Of a DNA stretch of 64,000 nt, positions 1 through 8,990 are shown piece by piece. The stretch is from the NCBI GenBank assembly GCA_003235475.1, contig QJWC01000081.1, forward strand, positions 9,343-73,342, written 5' to 3'. The notes beneath the pieces are model-generated. The model did no database searches. It saw only the letters and a program-made list of their open reading frames with translations, and was not told the DNA's origin. Both the position numbers and the translations under genes were made by a program. Numbering within the stretch: the first letter of the stretch is position 1; every line of letters begins with the position of its first letter. This stretch comes from Acidimicrobiia bacterium. Lineage in GTDB: Bacteria; Actinomycetota; Acidimicrobiia; Spongiisociales; UBA5794.

Positions 1-470
1 GGATCCTCTACACGATCCCTTCGCTCGCGTTGTTCACGTTCCTCGTGCCTGTCTTCGGCCTCAGCCTCCTGACTGCGGAGATCGCGCTGGTGTCGTACAC
101 GCTCCTCATCCTGATCAGGAACATCGTGTCCGGCATCGACGGCGTGCCAGACGACGTGCTCGAGGCGAGTTCCGGAATGGGGATGACGGCCCGCCAGCAG
201 CTGCTGCGCGTGCAGGTTCCCCTGGCCCTGCCCGCCATCATTGCCGGGATCCGAATCGCGGCGGTGACGACCATCGGACTCGTCACCGTCACCGTCCTCA
301 TCGGACAGGGCGGCTACGGCGTGTTCATCCTGCGAGGTATCCGGCGCCAGTTCCTGACCGAGGCGTTGGTGGGCACGCTGCTCTCGGTGGCGCTCGCGGT
401 CGTCGTCGACCTCCTTCTCGTCGGAGTGGGACGGCTTGCGATGCCTTGGGCACGGAGGGCTGGCACGTGA
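1..470 (+). CDS. ABC transporter permease, glycine betaine/proline (ProW/OpuAB-like) family; 5' end cut by window edge
   Basis: ORF 30..470 stays open back to position 1 with no start. Contains the permease EAA-like segment DDVLEASSGMGMTARQQLLRVQVPLALPAIIAGIR and multiple hydrophobic TM stretches. Confidence 0.75.
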   Translation, partial: ILYTIPSLALFTFLVPVFGLSLLTAEIALVSYTLLILIRNIVSGIDGVPDDVLEASSGMGMTARQQLLRVQVPLALPAIIAGIRIAAVTTIGLVTVTVLIGQGGYGVFILRGIRRQFLTEALVGTLLSVALAVVVDLLLVGVGRLAMPWARRAGT

Positions 471-1210
471 TCCAGTTTCTCGGTGACGTGTTGGGTTATC
501 TCCTCGATCCGTCGAACTGGACGGGTGCCAGAGGGCTCTTCTCACGCATCTGGGAGCACACGTCGATATCCGGCTTGGGCGTGATCCTCGCGGGCCTGCT
601 CTCACTCCCCCCAGCGGTTCTCCTCGCCCACCGTCGACGGGGCGAGTTCCTTGCTGTCTCCGCCGTGAATCTCGGTCGGGCGCTCCCCTCGTTCGGCGTC
701 GTTGGCGTCATGTTCCCCATAACCCTCTCGATCGCGGCGCTGACCTCCCCCCTTGGGTATTGGGCAACCCTCATCGCCCTCGTGTTGCTGGCAATGCCAC
801 CGATGTTCGTCAACGCCTTCACTGCCGTCCGCGACGTCGACGATTCCCTCATCGAAGCGGCTCGTGGCATGGGAATGTCGGAGTCCCGTGTGCTCCTCGG
901 TGTCGAGATACCGCTCGGTCTGCCCCTCATCATGGCTGGGGTGCGTACCGCCGCGGTCGGCGTCGTGGCGACCGCGACACTGGGGGCCGTCGTCGGGTAC
1001 GGCGGCCTCGGTCGCTACATCATCGACGGGTTCGCCCAAGGGAATGACGTGCTGATCTTCGTCGGAGGCCTCCTCGTCGCCCTGCTCGCCTTAGCGACCG
1101 AGGTGGGTTTCGGATGGCTCGAGAAGAAGGTCGACCCTTTGCGGTCGCGCCGCATCAGACCACCGCGGATACCCACGCTCCGTGATACAGGAATACGCAC
1201 CCACCCGTAA
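446..1210 (+). CDS. ABC transporter permease (osmoprotectant/glycine betaine type)
   Basis: 254-aa ORF. Carries the binding-protein-dependent transporter signature AARGMGMSESRVLLGVEIPLGLPLIMAGVRTA and about 5-6 TM segments. Overlaps the upstream permease by 25 nt, suggesting an operon. Confidence 0.8.
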   Translation: MGTEGWHVIQFLGDVLGYLLDPSNWTGARGLFSRIWEHTSISGLGVILAGLLSLPPAVLLAHRRRGEFLAVSAVNLGRALPSFGVVGVMFPITLSIAALTSPLGYWATLIALVLLAMPPMFVNAFTAVRDVDDSLIEAARGMGMSESRVLLGVEIPLGLPLIMAGVRTAAVGVVATATLGAVVGYGGLGRYIIDGFAQGNDVLIFVGGLLVALLALATEVGFGWLEKKVDPLRSRRIRPPRIPTLRDTGIRTHP

Positions 1211-1257
1211 TGTTCGGTACTCCGCGGGGCCTTGACCCCGCACGAAGGGAGTTACCC

Positions 1258-2166
1258 ATGCGGAACCACCGCAGAGGTGCCATCGGGGCGATGCTGCTCG
1301 CCGTCGCGATCGTCGCGACAGCCTGCTCATCGGGTGGTGACACCGAAGGTCCGGAAGTCATCATCGGAGCGCAAGACTTCGGTGAGAGCGCGATATTGGC
1401 CGAGATCTACAAGGGGGCGCTGGAAAGCGCTGGCTTCTCCGTCCGAGTGCAGGCAGTCGGCGGATTCAGGGACCTCGAACTCGGTGCCTTTTCCTCCGGC
1501 GACATCAACATGGCTCCGGAGTATGCCGCGTCCATGCTCGAGTTTCTCACCAGCTTCTCGGGGAAGGCGACGAGCGACAAGGTCGAGACCACATCCTTCC
1601 TGAACGACGCGTTGGAGTCGCTCGACCTCGAGGCACTCGCTCCGTCCGATGCCTTGGACACGAACGCCTTCGTGATGACCGCTGAACGTTCGGCCGAACT
1701 GGGTATCACGCGGCTGTCCGACCTCGCAGACCACGAAGCCGGCCTCGTCCTGGGCGGCCCTCCGGACTGCGAAACGAACCCGTTCTGCATCCCAGGCCTC
1801 TCGAACGTGTACGGGGTTGACCTTGCCCGCACGTTCCAGCCGCTCGATGCGGGACTGATCACCGTTCAGGCTCTTGAAGCCGACCAGATCGACATCGCCG
1901 TGCTCTTCTCGACGAGTGGCGTGATTGCAGCGAAGAACTTCGTTCTACTCGAAGATGATCGGACGATGCTTGCGGCCGACAACATCGTTCCCGTGATCAC
2001 GACCTTGTTGAGGCAGAAGTATGGAGCGGCTCTTACTGACCTGCTCGATTCGGTGAGTGCCAAGCTCACGACGGCCGATCTCACCGCAATGAACAAGCGC
2101 TACGACATCGACAACGAGGACGCAGACGCGATCGCGGCCGATTGGCTTGCAGACAACGGCTTCTAG
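1258..2166 (+). CDS. Glycine betaine/osmoprotectant ABC transporter substrate-binding lipoprotein (OpuAC/ProX family)
   Basis: ORF 1210..2166. Internal Met at 1258 starts a signal peptide with lipobox LLAVAIVATACSS. Remainder resembles periplasmic betaine-binding proteins. Co-directional with and immediately downstream of the two permeases. Confidence 0.8.
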   Translation: MRNHRRGAIGAMLLAVAIVATACSSGGDTEGPEVIIGAQDFGESAILAEIYKGALESAGFSVRVQAVGGFRDLELGAFSSGDINMAPEYAASMLEFLTSFSGKATSDKVETTSFLNDALESLDLEALAPSDALDTNAFVMTAERSAELGITRLSDLADHEAGLVLGGPPDCETNPFCIPGLSNVYGVDLARTFQPLDAGLITVQALEADQIDIAVLFSTSGVIAAKNFVLLEDDRTMLAADNIVPVITTLLRQKYGAALTDLLDSVSAKLTTADLTAMNKRYDIDNEDADAIAADWLADNGF

Positions 2167-3365
2167 CGCTCCTCGACGAAGCGCACGAAACGACGTTTAC
2201 CCACCTGAACAGTGCGGCCGACGAGATCTGATCGATGGACGGTTTCGCCCGACACGCGGTCCTCGTCGATGCGGACTGCGCCTTGGGCGATCAACCGGCG
2301 TGCCTCGCTGTTGGAGGATGCCAGGCCCGCGTCCACGATTGCCGACGGCAGCCAGATCTCGTCGTCGTCAGACAGGGTCACCTCGGGGATGTCCTCAGGC
2401 GCGGCCTTTTCCCTGAAGAGCCTGTCGAAGGCCGATTCTGCTTGGAGTCCAGCCCCATCTCCCCAGTAGCGGTCAACGATCCGGCGGGCCACATCACGCT
2501 TCGCGTCGCCCGGGTGCACCGTGCCATCGGACAGTCCCCGTGTCACGGCCTCGACCTCATCGGGCGTTCCCCCGCTGGCGAGGCGGAGCCACTGCGGGAT
2601 CAACTCGTCGGGAATCGACATCGTCTTTCCGAACATCTCGTCTGCATCGTCACGCACCGAGATGTAGTTGCCGAGCGATTGGGACATCTTCGCCGACCCG
2701 TCCGTGCCGACGAGCAGCGGAACCGTGGCCACGGACTGGGGTGTCTGTCCCGCGCGTTCCTGGAGGATGCGACCCATCAGCAGGTTGAGGAGCTGGTCGT
2801 TGCCCCCGATCTCGACGTCCGCGTTGATCGCAACCGAGTCCGTGGCCTGGAGGAGCGGGTACATGAACTCGATCAGGGAGATGGGCTCCTCGTTCTGCCA
2901 CCGCGTTGCGAAGTCCTCGCGGTCCATGAGCTTGGCAACGGTCACCTGTGCGGTCATCTCGAGAACATCGGCCATGTCCATGGTGCCGAGCCACTCGCTG
3001 TTGCGTCGGATCTCGAGACGCTCCTCGAGGAGCAGGGACGTGATCGTGGGCAGGCACGCATCGACGTAACCGTTGACTTCGTCGTCCGAGAGGCGCTTGC
3101 GGGTGGCGATCTTCCCCGACGGATCACCGACCTGCGCGGTGAAATCGCCGAGGATGAGCACGGCGGTGTGGCCCATTTCCTGGAAACGGCGCAACAGATC
3201 GAAGACGACCGCCCAGCCCAGCGTCACATCCGGTGCGGTCGGGTCGACGCCGAGCTTCACCCGCAGTGGCGTACCCCGCCCGAGCTGCTCGAGCAGGGCT
3301 CCCTCGGGGAGGGTCACGTCGACGGTGCGAGTGATGTAGGCGAACTGTTCGGCGGGGGTCTTCAT
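2163..3365 (-). CDS. tyrS: Tyrosyl-tRNA synthetase (Thermus-type / subfamily 2) with C-terminal S4 domain; variant HIGH (TLGW) and KMSKS (KMSQS) motifs
   Basis: ORF 2163..3596. The conserved TyrS N-terminus begins at Met 3363..3365 (MKTPAEQF). Shows strong collinearity with T. thermophilus TyrS (GDFTAQVGDPSGK, YPLLQATD, KMSQSLGNYI, S4-like tail GRTVQVGKRRFVRF). Confidence 0.85.
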   Translation of the reverse strand: MKTPAEQFAYITRTVDVTLPEGALLEQLGRGTPLRVKLGVDPTAPDVTLGWAVVFDLLRRFQEMGHTAVLILGDFTAQVGDPSGKIATRKRLSDDEVNGYVDACLPTITSLLLEERLEIRRNSEWLGTMDMADVLEMTAQVTVAKLMDREDFATRWQNEEPISLIEFMYPLLQATDSVAINADVEIGGNDQLLNLLMGRILQERAGQTPQSVATVPLLVGTDGSAKMSQSLGNYISVRDDADEMFGKTMSIPDELIPQWLRLASGGTPDEVEAVTRGLSDGTVHPGDAKRDVARRIVDRYWGDGAGLQAESAFDRLFREKAAPEDIPEVTLSDDDEIWLPSAIVDAGLASSNSEARRLIAQGAVRIDEDRVSGETVHRSDLVGRTVQVGKRRFVRFVEER

Positions 3366-3439
3366 GCGGGCGAGGGTAGGCGACCGTGTCACGGGAAGTG
3401 AGTCGCCGTGACGAGTCGCAGGCTTGGGTGCCGGCTGAT

Positions 3440-4258
3440 ATGGTCTCGGCCATGAGCGACACACCGCATGGGGAAGGCTGGTGGCTCGCATCGGACGGAA
3501 AGTGGTATCCGCCTGAAAGTCGCCCAGCACCACCTCCCCCGCCACAAGCACCCATGCCACCGAGCGCGGAATCCGGGATAACCACGTACGCGGCATCCTC
3601 GATGCCGCCGATCGGTCTGAGCCGTAGATGGGTTCCCTCTGGATTGACCGGGACGCTCTTTGGATTCCTCATCGGCGCGTCCGCGCTCGCCGGGCTCTCC
3701 GGTGTCCTCTATATGGGCGTATACGGGAGCTGGAGTGACTGGGATTCGGGCGGACCCACGACCGCGGCCGAAGTCCTGGAAGTCTGGGAGTCAGCTGACG
3801 CCGTGTTCGCCCTGTACGGACTCGCGTTCCTCGTGTCGACCGTCCTCATGCTGGTCTGGTCCAACTACGCCTACAAGGCTGCCGACTCACGTGGCGCCAC
3901 GATGAGACGATGGTCTTCCGGATGGACCGTCGGAGGATGGTTCATCCCATTTGCCAACGTCGTGATACCGAAGCTCGTGATGAACGAGATCGACCGCATG
4001 TCATCGGACGCGCTGGTCGAGCCGATCGGCGACAGGTGGCGGGACATGCGACGGTCTCAGGTCTCCGACTGGTGGTGGGGTCTGTACGTGCCGGGGTCCA
4101 TCGTTCTGGGCGTCACCTCCCGTTTCGTGGATGACGAGGCAGGTGGGTGGCTCGCAGCTACTGCCGTGGGATTGTGGTTGATCACAGCGTCGGGGATCCT
4201 GCTCGCCATCTTCGTCCGCAAATTGGGCCGACGTCTTCAACAACCGCGGACCTTCTAG
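3440..4258 (+). CDS. DUF4328-type tryptophan-rich membrane protein with N-terminal DUF2510-like GWWxxxDGKWYPPE motif
   Basis: ORF 3386..4258. Probable start at Met 3440 or 3452. Has a Pro-rich linker, three TM segments and the GWFIPFANVVIP motif typical of DUF4328. Divergent from tyrS. Confidence 0.6.
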   Translation: MVSAMSDTPHGEGWWLASDGKWYPPESRPAPPPPPQAPMPPSAESGITTYAASSMPPIGLSRRWVPSGLTGTLFGFLIGASALAGLSGVLYMGVYGSWSDWDSGGPTTAAEVLEVWESADAVFALYGLAFLVSTVLMLVWSNYAYKAADSRGATMRRWSSGWTVGGWFIPFANVVIPKLVMNEIDRMSSDALVEPIGDRWRDMRRSQVSDWWWGLYVPGSIVLGVTSRFVDDEAGGWLAATAVGLWLITASGILLAIFVRKLGRRLQQPRTF

Positions 4259-4277
4259 GCGCCTCGGGGACGCTGTT

Positions 4278-4925
4278 CTACGCGGTTCCCTTCCGATCCG
4301 AAATGTCGTTGGCTGTGATGTCCTCAGCCGCCATGAATCGCCACAAACGATCGGTGGCAGCCGAGATCCCGACCCTCGGCGTCGCGACGACGCTTGCTGG
4401 TGGCGCACCGGGCAGAAGGATGATGCGTTCGCCGTCGATCGAAGTCCCGGAATGCGTCGTTGATAGGCCCATCGCCTTCGCGAGGTTTCCCGGCCCGCGG
4501 GTGAGATTCGCTTCGCGACCCCGCCGCTTCACCATCGCGTCGACACCTTCTAGGGGAATGCCACCTCGCAGGAGGACGGCTTGCGCCGTTCCCACAGGGC
4601 CCGTCACGATGTTCACGCAGCTATGGATCCCGTACGAGAGGTACACGTACAGGGTCCCCGCCTCTCTGAACATCGGCTCGGTACGTGCTGTCATGCCACG
4701 GTATGCGTGGGAGGCAGGATCGTCTTCGCCCATGTACGCCTCCACCTCCGTCAACCGCACGGAGGCAGTGGTTCCATCCAGGGTGGTGCTGAAGGTCCAG
4801 CCGAGGAGGTCTGGCGCAACCTCGAGGGCCGTGCGACCGAGGAAGATCCTGAGTTCAGAGTCCATGGGACGGAGCATGGCACGCATCAGGTACAACGGTT
4901 TCCCTGCAGGCGTCATGGGTTGCAA
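4278..4925 (-). CDS. mpg: DNA-3-methyladenine glycosylase (Mpg/AAG family)
   Basis: Motifs ALEVAPDLLG, EVEAYMGEDDPASHAYRGMTARTEPMFREAGTLYVYLSYGIHSCVNIV. True start may be an internal Met (around 4865). Confidence 0.8.
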   Translation of the reverse strand: MQPMTPAGKPLYLMRAMLRPMDSELRIFLGRTALEVAPDLLGWTFSTTLDGTTASVRLTEVEAYMGEDDPASHAYRGMTARTEPMFREAGTLYVYLSYGIHSCVNIVTGPVGTAQAVLLRGGIPLEGVDAMVKRRGREANLTRGPGNLAKAMGLSTTHSGTSIDGERIILLPGAPPASVVATPRVGISAATDRLWRFMAAEDITANDISDRKGTA

Positions 4926-4987
4926 CGCCGATGCGACCGCGTGTACCGTCGCCGGCGGCGCGTCCGAGCGCGGCGAAGGGAGCTTCC

Positions 4988-5428
4988 GTGAGTGAACAGG
5001 CCAGGGACATCGTCCGCAGCATCGTCACAGAGAACACGTACCTGACCATCTCGACCACCGACGGCGAACAGCCGTGGTGCGCGCCGGTCCAGTACGTCGC
5101 CGACGAGGATCTGAATCTGTACTTCGTGTCGTTGCCCGGCAGCCGCCACATGACGCACATTGCGTCGAACCCCCATGTCGCGGTGACCATCTTCGACTCA
5201 CAGCAGCCACCCTTCACGAGTCGCGGTGTCCAGATCGAGGCGATGGCCGAGGCATACTCCGAGACGGACAACCCTTTCGCCCGCATCGGCGGATTCGACT
5301 GGCCGGAGAACCTTCAGGAGCTCGTCCCGGGGTATGTGGCCGTTCGTGTGACGCCCGTCCGGTTCTACCTACCGAGGTACATCGTGGACGGTGTGCAGCG
5401 CGACGAACGCGTCGAGGTTCCGCTCTAG
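4988..5428 (+). CDS. Pyridoxamine 5'-phosphate oxidase-like FMN-binding split-barrel protein
   Basis: ORF 4931..5428. Likely GTG start at 4988, which gives about 120 nt of divergent spacer from mpg. The PNPOx-like fold is inferred from the YLTISTTDGEQPWCAPVQYVADEDLNLYFVS pattern. Confidence 0.55.
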   Translation: MSEQARDIVRSIVTENTYLTISTTDGEQPWCAPVQYVADEDLNLYFVSLPGSRHMTHIASNPHVAVTIFDSQQPPFTSRGVQIEAMAEAYSETDNPFARIGGFDWPENLQELVPGYVAVRVTPVRFYLPRYIVDGVQRDERVEVPL

Positions 5429-5503
5429 CAACTGACCGGCTCCCGCGGCCGCCTGGATGAAAGCCGCAGCGAAGCGCGCACGACCGCGTGACCTCGACCC
5501 CGC

Positions 5504-6535
5504 CTACGTGTATGTGTACACGCCCGGTTTGATGTCGACGATCTCGCCGGCACGGAAGATTCGCGCGTAATGCTCCTCCGACATCTCCAAGTCGACGTAC
5601 CCAAGGGTCTCGTTCAACTGTTGCGCAGAACTCGCGCCGACGATCGGAATCGAGGTGACACCGTCCATCTTGCTCACCCACTTGATCGCGACCTGTGCGG
5701 GCGTGCCCCCGACCTCTTCTGCCACATCCTGGACGGCGTCGAGCACGTTCCACCAACGTTCGGGGAAATCTCCAAACTTCGTGGAGCGCGCGCCTCGTGA
5801 TCCCTGCGGCTTCACCGTCCTTCCATCCGCGTCCCTGGAGTATTTGCCTGTGAGAAAGCCCTCGGCGAGGGGTGAGTACGAGCACACCGCAATCCCCAGC
5901 CGACGACAAGCGTCGAAGAGCCCAGGGAGTGCCATCTCGGACGGGTCCACGGTGAATGGGACATGATCCACAGCGTTGAACCGTGGCTGCACGACAGAGA
6001 TCGGTGCCCAACCGCGCGAACGGCACATCTCGTTGGCCAGCACGAGCTGCCAGTCGGCAAAATTGCTCACCCCGATGTAGTGGACCGCGCCGCGGCGGAC
6101 CAGATCGTTCAATGCCGAGAGTGTCTCTTCGAGTGATGCAGATTCGAGCCAGCCGTGGATGTAGTAGATGTCGAGGTAATCAGTGCCCAGGCGTTCGAGC
6201 GTGCCAGCGATCTCGGCCATGACGATCTTCCTCGAAAGCCCGATCCGCTGTCGGCCGCGCATGGCGTAGAACACCTTGCTGGCGATGACGAAGTCCTCTC
6301 GATCCTTGCCGGCGAGCCACCCACCGAGGTACTGCTCACTACGGCCCCGCCCGTAGCCGTTGGCGGTGTCGAAGAAGTTGACGCCCCGCTCCCAGGCAGT
6401 ATCCAGGATCCGCGACGCCTCATCCTTGCTGACGACCTCACCGCCAGCGTCGTTCTCAGACCCGAACATCCACGTGCCGAGACAAGCCTCGGAGACTTCC
6501 ATACCCGTCGAACCGAGCCGGATGTGATCGACCAT
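5504..6535 (-). CDS. Aldo/keto reductase family oxidoreductase
   Basis: 343 aa. N-terminus LGSTGMEVSEACLGTWMFG, then DTANGYGRGRSEQYLG and the IASKV catalytic region, all typical of AKRs. Confidence 0.85.
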   Translation of the reverse strand: MVDHIRLGSTGMEVSEACLGTWMFGSENDAGGEVVSKDEASRILDTAWERGVNFFDTANGYGRGRSEQYLGGWLAGKDREDFVIASKVFYAMRGRQRIGLSRKIVMAEIAGTLERLGTDYLDIYYIHGWLESASLEETLSALNDLVRRGAVHYIGVSNFADWQLVLANEMCRSRGWAPISVVQPRFNAVDHVPFTVDPSEMALPGLFDACRRLGIAVCSYSPLAEGFLTGKYSRDADGRTVKPQGSRGARSTKFGDFPERWWNVLDAVQDVAEEVGGTPAQVAIKWVSKMDGVTSIPIVGASSAQQLNETLGYVDLEMSEEHYARIFRAGEIVDIKPGVYTYT

Positions 6536-6590
6536 TGCTCACCTCGCTAGGGGATGCCAGCGACGCGAGTATGGCACAGGCACCACGGCG

Positions 6591-8990
6591 CTAGACGTCG
6601 CCCCGGACCATGGCGCCAGTGACGGTCTGGACCGTTGCAGCGATGCGTTTTCGGATCGGCGCGGCTTCCTCATCCGTGAGCGTCTTGTCCGGCGATCGCA
6701 GCACGAAGGAGATCGCGATCGACTTCTGACCTTCCCCGATCGAGGAACCTTCGAAGACATCGAAGACCCGATATGTCTCGAGCATGTCGCCGGCGCCCTC
6801 CACAGCCGCAGCGATCACCTCACCCGCCGGCACTCTCGCCTCCATCGCGAACGCGAGATCGAAGACGACTGGTGGAAACACGCTTGGAGGGTCGAACTGC
6901 CAGGCCCCTCGGTCGGTGAGGAGAGCGTCGAGGTCGAACTCGGCTGCGGCGACCCGGCCCGAAAGGCCGAACGCCGAGGCCACCGACGGACGGAGCTCGC
7001 CGATCGCCCCGATCGCGACATCACCGATCATCACCTCTCCGCTTCGGCCCGGGTGAAAGGATTCGATCGCTGCAGGCCGGATCGACGCATCCCGAATCCC
7101 GAACTTGTCGGCGATCATCTCCCAGACTCCGACCGCGTCGAACACGTCGGGTTGCCGCGATTCTTCGATCCACGTATCGAGGGGCTGACCGGCCATCGCG
7201 AACGCGATACGGTCGGGTTGTTCGGGGAGTTTGCCGGCCCCTTTCAGAAAGACACGACCGATCTCGAAAAGGTGTGCACTCGGGATCCGGCGCGCGAGGT
7301 TCGCCCCTGCAGACTTGAGGACACCCGGCAGCAACGTTGTGCGCATCACTCCCTCAGACTCGTTCAACGGATTGACCACGCGTATTCCGTCGCGCACGAC
7401 ATGACCTTCGCCGTAGGCGAGTTTGTCGAGATCGGACTCGCCAATGAACGAGAATGTCAGTACCTCTGAGAACCCAGCGCCGGTCATGACGTCCCTCAGG
7501 AGGCGGAGTTTGCGATCCCTGACAGGGAGACCGAGGCCCGGGCCCTGGGGAACCCGATCCGGCACCTTGTCGAAACCGTGCAAACGCGCGATCTCCTCGA
7601 CGAGATCCACAGGTCGTCGTACATCCGAACGGCGCGTGGGAACCGTCACCTCGAGCGGGTCCCCGCCCTCGACTCCGAACCCGAGGCGTGAGAGAAGCTC
7701 CGTGGTTGTGCCGGCGTCGACTTCTATCCCGAGGATGCGCGCCGTCTCGGAAGTCGCGTAGCGGATGGTCCACGGTTCGATGCCACCAGGGTCGACGTCT
7801 ACGGCGTTGGGGGCCGCCGTTCCCCCTGCTATCTCCTCGAGAAGTTGTGCGACGCGGTCGGCGCCGAGGTGGCAGAACATCGGGTCCGCACCACGCTCGA
7901 ATCGGGCGGAGGCTTCCGATCGGAGCCCGAGGCGCTTGGAAGTTGCGAGCACGCTCGGCGGATCCCAGTAGGCGGCCTCGATGAAGACCGTGGATGTGTC
8001 ATCGGAAACCTCCGTGGCGGCGCCACCCATCACCCCGCCTATCGCTACCGGAGAAGCGCCGTCCGTCACGACGATGTCGGTCGACGTCAGCACACGCTCC
8101 TGGTCGTCAAGTGTGACGATCCGCTCCCCTTCCGTGGCGAGGCGCGTCACGATGCGATTGCCGAGGCGATCGACATCGAAGGCGTGTGTGGGGTGCCCGA
8201 ACTCGATCATCGCGTAGTTGGATGCGTCGACGACGTTGGAGATGGGCCGCACGCCTGCCTGCTCCAAGCGCCACCGAATCCAATGGGGCGAGGGCCCGAC
8301 AATGATTCCGCTGACCTCACGGCCCGCGAACCTCGGATTGAGATCAGGAACCTCGATCGACACCGAGATATCTGATAGCTCGCCCTCCCCCTTGACCGAG
8401 ATGCCGTGATCGCGCAGCGGAACGTCGAAGTAGGCCGCGAGATCGCGAGCGAGGCCGTAGACGGAGAGGCAGTCCGGGCGGTTCGGTGTCACGTTGACCT
8501 CGAACCAAACATCCGGCAATCCGATGACGTCAGCGAACGACGCTCCTATGTTCGCCAACGAGTCCGGGTAGTCCTCGTTCAGCACCATGATGCCGTCGGC
8601 TTCCGTCCCCAGACCGAGCTCGATCTCCGAACAGATCATGCCGTTCGACGTCACGCCCCTGATCGATCGCCGGGTGATCTCGAAGTCGTCTCCCAACACA
8701 GCACCCGGCACGGCAACCGGGACGACCGCTCCAGCCTCGAAGTTCCAGGCACCGCAGATGATCTCCAGCTCTTCCGACCCGACATCGACTCGTGTCAGCC
8801 GAATCTTGTCCGCGTTGGGATGTGGCATGACTTCGAGCACACGCCCCACGACGATCCCCGTGAACGCTGGATCAACGACGTGGTGATCCTCGACCTCGTG
8901 GCCAAGGCTCTCGAACACCTCCACGAGCGCGGACGGATCACGAGTGGGGAGGGAGACGAACTCTTCCAGCCAGGACAGTGTCAGCTTCAT
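6591..8990 (-). CDS. pheT: Phenylalanine--tRNA ligase beta subunit
   Basis: ORF 6591..9176. Conserved start MKLTLSWLEEF at 8988..8990, giving a 4-nt ATGA overlap with pheS. tRNA-binding, B3/B4 and B5 domain patterns are present. Confidence 0.9.
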   Translation of the reverse strand: MKLTLSWLEEFVSLPTRDPSALVEVFESLGHEVEDHHVVDPAFTGIVVGRVLEVMPHPNADKIRLTRVDVGSEELEIICGAWNFEAGAVVPVAVPGAVLGDDFEITRRSIRGVTSNGMICSEIELGLGTEADGIMVLNEDYPDSLANIGASFADVIGLPDVWFEVNVTPNRPDCLSVYGLARDLAAYFDVPLRDHGISVKGEGELSDISVSIEVPDLNPRFAGREVSGIIVGPSPHWIRWRLEQAGVRPISNVVDASNYAMIEFGHPTHAFDVDRLGNRIVTRLATEGERIVTLDDQERVLTSTDIVVTDGASPVAIGGVMGGAATEVSDDTSTVFIEAAYWDPPSVLATSKRLGLRSEASARFERGADPMFCHLGADRVAQLLEEIAGGTAAPNAVDVDPGGIEPWTIRYATSETARILGIEVDAGTTTELLSRLGFGVEGGDPLEVTVPTRRSDVRRPVDLVEEIARLHGFDKVPDRVPQGPGLGLPVRDRKLRLLRDVMTGAGFSEVLTFSFIGESDLDKLAYGEGHVVRDGIRVVNPLNESEGVMRTTLLPGVLKSAGANLARRIPSAHLFEIGRVFLKGAGKLPEQPDRIAFAMAGQPLDTWIEESRQPDVFDAVGVWEMIADKFGIRDASIRPAAIESFHPGRSGEVMIGDVAIGAIGELRPSVASAFGLSGRVAAAEFDLDALLTDRGAWQFDPPSVFPPVVFDLAFAMEARVPAGEVIAAAVEGAGDMLETYRVFDVFEGSSIGEGQKSIAISFVLRSPDKTLTDEEAAPIRKRIAATVQTVTGAMVRGDV

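Noticed and set aside
1-6. GGATCC (BamHI site) exactly at the window start.
   Set aside because: A single 6-mer is expected by chance at this GC content. It cannot be taken as evidence of a cloning junction.
8-301. 97-aa minus-strand ORF at the left edge.
   Set aside because: Antisense to the clearly coding ABC permease. No protein similarity.
6539-6760. 73-aa ORF rich in Arg/Ser overlapping the pheT 3' end.
   Set aside because: Overlaps pheT on the same strand in another frame. Composition is typical of frame-shifted high-GC coding sequence.
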